From assembly GCA_950097015.1 (NCBI GenBank), contig CATNEN010000025.1:7688001-7752000 (forward strand): a stretch of DNA of 64,000 nt. The letters are read 5' to 3'. This stretch comes from Macrostomum hystrix. Taxonomy: Eukaryota; Animalia; Platyhelminthes. Positions within the stretch are counted from its first letter, which is position 1; each line of letters starts with the position of its first letter. Positions 10,768 to 21,800 of this stretch are shown here, in pieces. The notes beneath the pieces were generated by a model, which worked only from the letters and a program-made list of their open reading frames with translations, searched no databases and had not been told where the DNA came from. A program made the translations under genes and the position numbers.

Positions 10768-13700
10768 TCAGGACTGGCCCAGATCCCGTCCGTCAATGAG
10801 CCACTGCAGCTCCCAGTGGGAGAAATTTTCGAGCAGCTCGGGCCGCGGCAGGGCTTCGGTCAGTCCTTTGGCGAAGCTTGTCACCGAGGCCCGCATTCGG
10901 CGCTGGACAAGCCGGCCGCTGGCCAGTCGCAGTCGTTCAGACAGAGTGTCCGGCGTCACGGACAACAGATCCTCGTCGCTGAAACTTGAACGTCGACGCT
11001 GGCCGCCGCAGATTCTGGAGCAGTCATCGAGGAGATTGGACAGGCTCTCTGAACACCGGACTGTGTCGACGGCAGCCGACAGTCGACTGAAACGTAAAGC
11101 ATTTGGTCTAGACGTCGGAAGGATTTTGCAAAGATAGGAAGCAAATATCAAGATAAATTCTGAATTTCTAAGAACTACCAGCAATTCGATCAGTTTATGA
11201 TACTTAGGCCAGCTTTCGACACTTCTAGCAAGATTCGATACTTCGCCCAAATGTCGATACTTCGACCAACAGTCGATAATTCTACTAACTTTTGATACTT
11301 CGACCAACATAAAGTAATTCGACCAACTTAAAGTAATTCGACCAACTTAAAGTACTTCGACCAACTTAAAGTACTTCGACCAACTTAAAGTACTTCGACC
11401 AACTTAAAGTACTTCGACCAACTTAAAGTACTTGGACCAACTTAAAGTACTTCGACCAACTTAAAGTACTTCGACCAACTTAAAGTACTTCGATCAACTT
11501 TCTGTGCTTCGACCAACGGTCGATATTTCTACTAACTTTCGATACTTCGACCAACCTGTTCGATACGATGAACAGGTTATTTGTCTAACTTTCCGTATCT
11601 ATCAACAAGTATTTGCTTTGGTCTTGTTTCTCGGCCGCTTCATGGAAACTCGATGACCTACATGTATCTTGACTGAAAACATTTCATTTAAAAGATTTAG
11701 TTAATGAAAGCGACTTTCCTGAATCCGAGAGAAAAAAATTGTCCAGAAGTGAAACCAAATCCCAGAGTCCAAATAAGTCCTTACGAGTACAGTTCGTCGT
11801 CCACTTCGCCTAGCTCCTCCAGCGAGGCCTCCCAATTGCCACAGTCGCCGGCCTTTTCACCACCGATTTTCCCAGTCGCAACGGCGAGCAGCAGACGAAG
11901 GAAGCAAGGCGAGAATTCTGCCGCCGAGCCAATGGCCAGACCATCTGTCAGCGCTGCGCCAAGGAGGTGTCCATGCTGCCGATAATCCCCGGTAGATTCA
12001 GAGTCTTCGTCGTCATCGCGAAGAGCCTGCGTTGGTACGAGACGTCCAGTTCGACTCAGCGAGTAGCTGCCTCGGCGGGGATCCAGCTCGGTGGCCAGGT
12101 CTCGCGTTGAAACACTGGACGTTATCGATGCTTTCTGCGTTTCGGCTTGTTGATTTTTGCGAAAATGACGCGCCCGTTTGTTGAATGGCACCAGGAAGGG
12201 CGCCTCCTTTAGTAGGTGATCAACGCTGCCCGATGCCAGCTGCACAGAGTATCGAGCGACGGCGGAATCAACGGCTTGCCGACAGGTGACATCGGCCGTG
12301 AGCAGCCGGAGCAGCAGAATCCGGAGCAGGCTCCTCATCTGTTGAGCGCTCTCAACTGATGCGACAGTGGATGCCGATGAGACGTTGAGCAGCGGAAGCA
12401 ATCGTGTGGTTGCTTCGTTAGAGAGGCTGATCAGATCGCTTGGCGTCAGGCAGGACGGATCGACCAGATTAACGAAGGCCGTCACGAGCTGCGTGGCATT
12501 TTCTTGATCATTGTTCTCCGATGATTTTTCAGCCGTTCCGATTGCGCGCCACAGGCCGATCAGGAAGCTGCGACGCTTGCCGATGTCGGCTGGCGTTAGC
12601 ATTCCCAGAGTGAGCTCCGGGCACTGGGGTCGACAACAGGTGAATGGTGAGTTTTGAGAGAAACTGTAGTTTTCAGTACCAGCCTAGAATGACTGGCTGG
12701 TACCCGATATGGCACAGGGCACAGATCCGACCTCTTCCATTGCGTTTAATCCAATTTTAGTTTAAAACAGATTCAGAAAATTATTCGACTTTTGATTTTT
12801 TTATTTTCGAAACTTCTCGGTTCATTCCTGAGGTACTGATGTTTTCTATCCGTTCTCTACCAGCTCTCTAAACAGGTTTTTGAGCATTGTGTATTGAGAA
12901 CTTCTTTGAAAAGTAAATATTAAAATAATAAACATTTTTAAGGGCCAGTCAGTTTTACCATGCCTCTTAATCGATAGTATTTCTAAGAAAAATGTTTCAA
13001 GTTTGCAAAGAACGAAATACTCGAAAATTCATATTTTTGAAGTACGGCTCGTAAAAGAAACACTTTTACATGAGCCTCATTCTTAGAAAATAGATTTTTT
13101 ACTAGTAATGTAGGATAAGATAATAAGCATACTCGTAGAAAGGGCTTTAAGGCTTTATGGAAAGGATGTAGGTGAAAAAGTGAAGTGGGTGAAGGAGTGT
13201 GAGGTGGGTGAAGGAGTGTGAGGTGGGTGAAGGAGTGTGAGGTGGGTGAAGGAGTGTGAGGTGGGTGAAGGAGTGTGAGGTGGGTGAAGGAGTGTGAGGT
13301 GGGTGAAGGAGTGTGAGGTGGGTGAAGGAGTGTGAGGTGGGTGAAGGAGTGTGAGGTGGGTGAAGGAGTGTGAGGTGGGTGAAGGAGTGTGAGGTGGGTG
13401 AAGTAGTGTGAGGTGGGTGAAGGAGTGTGAGGTGGGAAGACATGGGTTCATTGACGTCATTGAATAATTAAAATAGAAGTAAATTCTAAGAAACCAGAAT
13501 TTAAAAAATTTTCTCGCACTCGAATTGCAAGCCGGCCTTACCAACCAACAGACGGTGCTCAACTGTTGAAACTTATCAGCGACATTAGCCCCAGAATCTG
13601 GCGCCTCCGCAGCAGCCAGAGCCGCGGCCACCGATCTAGCCGGCGCTGCGACAAGGCGTTTCAGACCAGCGCAAAGTGCGGCTCGCCGATCCACCGATAA

Positions 13701-15302
13701 GCTGGCGGCCTCCGTCCTGCTGATATGAACGGCTCTGACCAGCGCTGGGCCCCAACTGGCGGCGTTGCACAACTGGGGCGGCGGCGGCGGCGGCGGCAGG
13801 CCAGTCAGGACTAGCAGCAGAATCCGACTAAGCAAGCGCTGCCTCGTGTCATCGTCTGACTTGACGATTCGATCAATGACTTCCGCCAGGCGGATGTGAC
13901 AAGCGCGAGTGAGAAGGTACTGCAGCACCGGCTGGCAGGCGGTGTCCAGTGCCGTCTCCACCACTTTCTCGGCTGCCAGCAAGTCTTCATCGTCTGCATC
14001 GGCGGCGTAGGACGAAGAAGAGGAAGCCGAAGCTGCTATCCAGTCGATTGCGTTGCCAACGAACTTGGCCATGGCGAAGGCGGGCAGGTCAGGGTTAGCG
14101 AGGCTGACAGCGCCTTGGGGCATGAGCTGCTGATGCAGGCGGCACAGCCGGGCCTAGCAATTTAAATTTGTAATCATTTTAGCATTTTTTTCATGAATTC
14201 TAATAAAATCTTTAAAATAAAAAATAATAACAAGGTATTCTTTGGAACGTGAATTGGTTTCGATAAAACGTATGTTGAATTGCGCGAAAGGAAATTTGGT
14301 TTCTAACAAAAGCGCGTTGGTTACTAACTTTCCAAGAAACGAGGAACGCGTTCAGAGAAACGTGAAAAAGCGCCGTATGGTTTCCAAGAAACGTGGGTTT
14401 TATATTATATATAGAAGCGTTTCATATTACGTCCTATGAAACGCTATACGATACAATACGGGCTCTATTGTAAAGTAAAGCTCTAGTTTCTAAGAAATGT
14501 GGTTTCGCTCTTAGGAAATGTCAGTTTGTTTCTAAGAAAACTTATGTAAGTTCAAATATAGTTAGTTTGTTTCCTAGAGTTTTTTTGCTGGGTGGGTATC
14601 TTATAATAATAATAATAATTGCGAGAGGACTGCGGGCAATGGCACATCATTTGGTGACACTAGACCCGCAGCCAGCGAGGAGGCAATTCTGCCCATTTCA
14701 CTGACTCCTGAGCACACACGCACACAGATACTGTACGCAGGCACACGCTCACACAGGTGTGTACATCTGCCCTGACTTTCTCATCGTCAGGCAGTTACAC
14801 TCTCACTGTGCCTTGAAGGTTGGCCCTCAAGGGCGTAAATTGCACGACAAGCCCCCAAGCCTTCTCTCCGCGGCTGCGCCCCAAATAAATGTGGCCTCGC
14901 CGTGGAATCGAGCTTAGGGACCTTGGTGCGAGAGGCAAAAGCGATAGCCGCTATGTCACCGTAGGTATCTTTCTAAGCAATGTATGTTTCGAGTTGTTTC
15001 TAGGAAAGAGCGGGTTAGTTTCTAAGAAATTTCGGTGCGTTTTAAAGAAAGATGTTTTTTGCACGGATTGGCATGTATTTTTCTATACTGCTTGTTTTGG
15101 CTATTGCGATAGCTGGACATCTCGCTTTCAAAATGTTCTGTGAATTTTTTAAGAATTCCCTTTCTTTAAAAGTTTAATCCAAAATAAAGGGAAAAATACG
15201 CACCATTCTCTGGCTGTCAACGTGCGGCAAATAAAAATTGTTTAAGCACTTCACCATCAGAAGCAGACTAGAAGAGCATTGGTCAGGCTCCTTCGACACT
15301 GA

Positions 15303-15346
<44 letters not shown>

Positions 15347-16304
15347 CGCAGAAGCCCTCTCCGCATCCGCGCGCAACACCCGTCAGGTCGTTGGCCAGCT
15401 GGTCGAATCGCTGTCGTGTCAGGCAGTGCGTCACGCGACGACACTGGCTGCCGCGGTAGAACGCTTGGATTCTGGTGGCTGCCTCGTCCTTTATGGATGC
15501 ATTGGAAATGTTTCCAATGTGAACACACCTCTTAACTAAATGAACTGATGAAATCTTGTCCAAGAATGCGAATTGTCTGCGAGAATGCTTCTGATAGATG
15601 CGATCAGAAGTTTGGTAGTCGAGAACTGACTATGTCAGTCGCGACGTCGACCTGAAACGTTCTTCCTATCGCTATCTTCCACGAGAACAATTCCTTACAA
15701 TTTCACTCGAGAGAAGCGACCTCTAACCTTCTGCCCATCCACCTGGCCCCTTCTGTGACATCTCGTTTATCGTCTCGTCTCGTAAGAGGCATAACGCATT
15801 TGCCTCTTGCACCAATGTCCATGAGTTCGATTCCGCGGCGAGAACACATTTATTTGGGGCGCAGCCGCGTAGAGAAGGCTTGGGGGCTTGTCGCTCTATT
15901 TACGCCCTAGAAAGCCAACCTCCAAGGCCCGATGAGAAAGTCAGGGCAGATGTACACACCTGTGTGAGCGTGTGCCTGCGTACAGTATCTGAGTGCGTGT
16001 GTGCTCAGGAGTCAGAGGAATGGACAGAATTGTCCTCCTCGCTAGCTGCGGGTCCTAGTGTCACTAAATGATGTGCCATTGCCCGCAGCCATCCTGCAAA
16101 TCAAAAAGAAAATCCGTGACCCTCACGCCTTCGTTCGAGACACAGACGTCGCCGATGCTAAGCGCGCAAACCTATCGACTTCTGGCTTGTGCTGGGTAAA
16201 CCCACTCAGTAGTGAGTATGAGCCAACGTCAACAATTACATGATACAACAGCAGCTTACCTCTGTCTGCCGCTTGCTCCTATGCCTTGAATGGGTTGAAC
16301 ACTC
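10768..16304 (-). CDS. UBE3C-like: Divergent UBE3C-like protein (IQ motif plus truncated HECT domain); 5' start not resolved
   Basis: Exons 16304-16260, 15488-15204, 14153-13542, 12623-11785 and 11107-10768 join in frame (phases 0, 0, 0, 2); a further upstream exon ends at 16760. IQ motif AATRIQAFYRG. UBE3C-like pre-HECT motif EAPFLVPFNKRARHF. HECT N-lobe-like segments GHLLGAAL..FSPCFLRLL and FAKGL..FSHWELQWLIDG. Confidence 0.78.
11299..11520. repeat. 19-bp intronic minisatellite CGACCAACTTAAAGTACTT
   Basis: 19-bp period, degenerating at both ends. Confidence 0.93.
13170..13438. repeat. 19-bp intronic minisatellite GTGAGGTGGGTGAAGGAGT
   Basis: About 14 near-perfect copies. Confidence 0.95.
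14603..14963 (-). mobile_element. tRNA-derived SINE, copy 1 (full length, with TSD)
   Basis: Minus-strand head GGTGACATAGCGG...GCTCGATTCC (A/B boxes) and a (TTA)n tail. Flanked by the 8-bp direct repeat GGTATCTT (14595-14602 and 14964-14971). Homologous to copies at 15780, 25251 and 31743. Confidence 0.9.
15780..16110 (+). mobile_element. tRNA-derived SINE, copy 2
   Basis: B-box GAGTTCGATTCC. The body is the reverse complement of copy 1 (…ATTTATTTGGGGCGCAGCCGCG…ATGATGTGCCATTGCCCGCAGC). Boundaries approximate. Confidence 0.88.
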
Positions 16305-17169
16305 CTGAAATGATTAATTAAATGTGGGAAAATTCTGATTATAGTGCAGAGAGACACAGGCGGACACAAGACATGTCGGAGTCTCACACACATCGTATGC
16401 CGGCAGACCATGAAATCCGCCGCTAACATAGCCGGCCGTACATTAATTTAGAAACTCCAGACAGAGAACAGCCAAGATTAATTACTAAGCTGCGATTTGA
16501 ACTTCAAAGGCGTGTTTTAAAGTGCTTTGTTTCAGTTCTAAAGAGACTTACAGCGCCAGACTTATAAGCTTGTTGTAGTTTGGAGTGAAATAGGGCTCTG
16601 AGTTCATACAGCTCGACTATGCTCAACTTCCATTTCTGTACTGTGCTCAAGTAGCTTCTCTGCCACCGCTTCTGCCTGTCCCCTCCGCCACAGAAATTGC
16701 TCCCATTTTTACTCGACCCCCCTGCACAAAACTCTCAGAAAAAAGTTTTTTTCACTTACCCTCCTCCCCAGCGAAGTGCTCAGGTTGAGCTGGTGCAGTG
16801 GCGCTTGTGAGCACTGGGCCACCAAACCTACACCAGGGACATTGCTTGGAGACACAGAGAGGGGAGAGGGTTACATTCTCAGCATGGAGCAACTGGTTAA
16901 ACAAGAAAAACAGTTAAGTAAATCTACGAAAAATGTTTAAACTGTCAACATCGGGTCGCACTGTGACCTCAGATATTTTTGGCTTTTGTGCAACAAATTT
17001 TCTAATTACTGATCAAGTGGTATCGATGCTTACCCGATAATCTAGGATTATATAGTCGCAGGTTACCGTTAATTTGTACTAAAAGTAGTATAACATGCTT
17101 CATCTTACTACTCATGGTAAGACAAAAGGATAAACAATTTAATCCATATCACATACCCGTACTTCTTTG

Positions 17170-18405
17170 GCTTGCTATGCTCACATTTTGTCTATTGCTC
17201 TACTCACAGTTTGTCCATTGATCCACTCACAGTTTGTCCATTGTTCTACTCACAGTTTGTCTATTTTCCAATCACAGTTTGTCCATTGTTCTACTCACAG
17301 TTTGTCTATTTTCCAATCACAGTTTGTCCATTGTTCTACTCACATTTTGTCTATTTTCCAATCACAGTTTGTCCATTTTCCAATCACAGTTTGTCCATTG
17401 TTCTACTCACAGTTTGTCTATTTCCAATCACAGTTTGTCCATTGTTCTACTCACAGTTTGTCCATTGTTCTACTCACAGTTTGTCCATTGTTCTACTCAC
17501 AGTTTGTCTATTTTCCAATCACAGTTTGTCCATTTTCCAATCACAGTTTGTCCATTGTTCTACTCACATTTTGTCTATTTTCCAATCACAGTTTGTCCAT
17601 TTTCCAATCACAGTTTGTCCATTGTTCTACTCACAGTTTGTCTATTTTCCAATCACAGTTTGTCCATTGTTCTACTCACAGTTTGTTCATTGTTCTACTC
17701 ACAGTTTGTCCATTGTTCTACTCACAGTTTGTCTATTTTCCAATCACAGTTTGTCCATTGTTCTACTCACAGTTTGTCTATTTCCAATCACAGTTTGTCC
17801 ATTGTTCTACTCACAGTTTGTCCATTGTTCTACTCACAGTTTGTCCATTGTTCTACTCACAGTTTGTCTATTTTCCAATCACAGTTTGTCCATTGTTCTA
17901 CTCACATTTTGTCTATTTTCCAATCACAGTTTGTCCATTTTCCAATCACAGTTTGTCCATTGTTCTACTCACAGTTTGTCTATTTTCCAATCACAGTTTG
18001 TCCATTGTTCTACTCACAGTTTGTCCATTGTTCTACTCACAGTTTGTCCATTGTTCTACTCACAGTTTGTCTATTTTCCAATCACAGTTTGTCCATTGTT
18101 CTACTCACATCTTGTCTATTTTCCAATCACAGTTTGTCCATTTTCCAATCACAGTTTGTCCATTGTTCTACTCACAGTTTGTCCATTGTTCTACTCACAG
18201 TTTGTCCATTGTTCTACTCACAGTTTGTCTATTTTCCAATCACAGTTTGTCCATTGTTCTACTCACAGTTTGTCTATTTCCAATCACAGTTTGTCCATTG
18301 TTCTACTCACAGTTTGTCCATTGTTCTACTCACAGTTTGTCCATTGTTCTACTCACAGTTTGTCCATTGTTCTACTCACAGTTTGTCCGTTGATCGACTC
18401 ACAGT
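17170..18405. repeat. Composite 21-23 bp minisatellite (ATTGTTCTACTCACAGTTTGTCC / ATTTTCCAATCACAGTTTGTCC)
   Basis: Interleaved unit variants share the core TCACAGTTTGTC; the ORFs at 17167-18422 are artefacts of the repeat. Confidence 0.95.
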
Positions 18406-18861
18406 TTCTCACTAAGTGGTAAAAAAGTGTTCATTGTCACTTCAGTTTTCAAGGTTACCGATCTTTGCCTAAAAGTGCCCCCCAACGACAATACTTGTGC
18501 AGTGCAGCAATAAAAGTGCAAAATTACTGTCACAGAAATCAACGGGCCAGCTGTTCCAACGCGCTTCGCAAAGCTTCTTACTGTTCCTAGAAAATAATTT
18601 CCCCAGCAAATTAATCCCAAAAAATTGAAGACGCGGCTGGTGCAGACCACAGCTGCAGAGCCGGATAAAATGAGAGATTATCCTCACTGCCTGCTTCGAC
18701 TTTCATAAAACTCCCTTCAAGAAATGAGTCGATTGAATCAAAGCTTCCAATTTCATTACGAGAAAATATAAAACAGAGAAGAGACTATTGTTTTAAATGC
18801 AGTCATTTGCAAAAAAGTTGTTGGCACTACACAGTAACCAAGCGATCTCACTGGCAGGTCA

Positions 18862-21800
18862 ATGCACAGACGAGCTCCTGAATATGGAGCCACCGAGGCG
18901 TCCGCCTCCGTCAGGGAGTCGCTAGCTGCGCATTTCTCTTCGGTTCCAGTGAGAGTCCAGTCTGAAGTCTGACTATCATATCTGTACTTTTATAGACTCT
19001 TTGTAGCACTTTGGCTGCTTGGGAAATTTATCCCCAGCAGAAAATTCTTAAAAAGGGCTAAAAGTCGAGATATTCAACTATTATGTGATTCGGAACATCT
19101 CTCTTCTGCCTCATCGCTCCCCTGTCTCATCTATCCCCGTCTTATCTCTTCACTGTCTCATATCTCCTATGTCTCATCTATCACTGTCTCATCTATCTCT
19201 GTCTCATCTATGACTGTCTCATCTATCTCTGTCTCATCTATCACTGTCTCATCTATCTCTGTCTCATCTATTACTGTCTCATCTATCTCTGTCTCATCTA
19301 TTACTGTCTCATCTATTACTCTCTCATCTATCTCTGTCTTATCTATCCCTGTCTCAACTATCCCTGTCTCATCTATTACTGTCTCATCTATCCCTGTCTC
19401 ATCTATCCCTGTCTCATCTATTACTGTCTCATCTATCACTGTCTCATCTATCCCTGTCTCATCTATCCCTGTCTCATCTATACCTGTCTCATCTACTACT
19501 GTCTAATCTATCTCTGTCTCATCTATCGCTGTCTCATCTATCCCTGTCTCATCTATCCCTGTCTCATCTATCCCTGTCTCATCTATCCCTGTCTCATCTA
19601 TTACTGTCTCATCTATCTCTGTCTCATCTATCTCTGTCTCATCTATCCCCGTCTTATCTCTTCACTGTCTCATATCTCCTATGTCTCATCTATCACTGTC
19701 TCATCTATCTCTGTCTCATCTATCACTGTCTCATCTATCTCTGTCTCATCTATCCCTGTCTCATCTACTACTGTCTCATCTATCCCTGTCTCATATATCC
19801 CTGTCTCATCTATCACTGTCTCATCTATCCCTGTCTAATCTCTCCGATGTCTCATCTACTACTGTCTAATCTATCTCTGTCTCATCTATCCCTGTCTCAT
19901 CTATCCCTGTCTCATCTATCCCTGTCTCATCTATTACTGTCTCATCTATCTCTGTCTCATCTATCCCTGTCTCATCTATCCCTGTCTCATCTATCCCTGT
20001 CTCATCTCTCCGATGTCTCATCTATCTCCCTGACTGGGCAGGGATGTCTTGACATCCCTGCCCAGTCAATACGGCCTGTTGTTGTCAATTGTATTTCCTC
20101 ATTGGCCCAAACTCCAAATATGAAAAGGTTGCCGACCCCTGACCTGAACCGAATAGAGCGACCGCGACGAAAGACTGGACGCCGAGCCAGATTTGGCAAG
20201 ACACGATCCGCGGCTTCAAGGGCCTCGACGAGCGTTGGATCCGGACTGCTATTTTGCCGATGGCACGAGGAGTGTCGGTGAGGTTACTCAGCGGGATTAA
20301 GGATTAGCAGAATGACTGAAGGATTAGCAGAATGACTGAAGGATTAGCAGAATGACTGAAGGATTAGCAGACTGACTGAAGAATTAGCAGAATGACTGAA
20401 GGATTAGCAGAATGACTGAAGGATTAGCAGACTGACTGAAGGATTAGTAGACTGACTGAAGGATTAGCAGACTGACTGAAGGATTAGCAGACTGACTGAA
20501 GGATTAGCAGAATGACTGAAGGATTAGCAGAATGACTGAAGGATTAGTAGACTGACTGAAGGATTAGCAGACTGACTGAAGGATTAGCAGACTGACTGAA
20601 GGATTAGCAGAATGACTGAAGGATTAGCGGCTTAGTGAATAAATATTTCAGACACAGAAATATGGCAGAACTACAGCGTTACTGTCACTGGTAAAACCGA
20701 TTTACGCACCAGATTATGTTTTGGTCTGGGAAGAGGATCTGCAGCCACAAGCGGTTCTCGAGGATGCAAGGCAGTCTCATCGTCGGCGATTTGAGGCCAA
20801 CCTGCTCAAAGCCGGCTTGGAGATGGAGATGGTGAGTGATCTTGAGCATACATGAACTCATCTTGAGCATACATGAACTCATCTTGAGCACACATATACT
20901 CATCTTGAGCACACATATACTCATCTTGAGCACACATATACTCATCTTGAGCACACATATACTTATCTTGAGCACACATTGTAAAAGTGGCTTAACGTTT
21001 TGCTAATTAAGGAGTGCAGCATGAGCGAAAAGAAGAAGATCCACTTCATAAAGCTGCACATACCGTGGGATGTCATGTGCTATCACGCGGAAGCTATGAG
21101 GCTGAGGGCGCCGCTACTGGTGAGAGCTGAAATCTGATTGGCTGTCGCCTGCAGCAATGACTAAAATGATATCTGATTGGCTTTTGCGTTATCCAATCCG
21201 CAGGCGCGCAAAAGTCCGCCAGAAAACTGGTCAGCAAAGCTGTTAGAAGCGCTGCGACTGCCAAATGTGATGCAACATGGAGTTCCAAATCAACCGGCTG
21301 ATTATTACACTTGCCCGTTCAGGAAGTTAAAGCTCAGCAGGTAAGAGTTGCATGCGAGTATGCGCTCAAAATTTATTTATCGGATAAAGTAACTTAATAA
21401 AATGATGCCTAAGAAAGTTATGCATGATCTCTGAATTTCCAAGAAAACACTAGTCGGAATTTCCGAGAAAAAATCTTGCGGTTGTTTATAGAAAAACTTG
21501 TCGTGATTTCCAAGAAAAAAAATTCTGCATTTCTTATAAAATTCCTGCGGTTTCATAGAAAAACTTGTTGTGCTTTCATACGCTCGTAGAAGCAGATTTT
21601 TAAACTACCAATTAGCCTTTTCTTCGCTTCTGTCCAAGATGAAAACAGATTTTTTCGTTTTGCATTTACTGTTCGCAGATTTCTGGGCAATGACAATCGA
21701 CAGACATTTTTTTCGACAACGCAGCGACACCAAGTTGCTAGTGAGATACTGAACACGCAGGCCTACGGGGAGGGCCAACTGGCTGGAGTGGGCATTGAGC

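Noticed and set aside
10618-11137. + strand ORFs of 123 and 151 aa
   Set aside because: Antisense shadows of the GC-rich last UBE3C-like exon.
12676-12703. 9-bp hairpin GTACCAGCC/GGCTGGTAC near a splice acceptor
   Set aside because: Short enough to occur by chance in 64 kb.
17167-18422. Three overlapping ~400-aa ORFs
   Set aside because: All three frames are open only because the repeat units lack stops.
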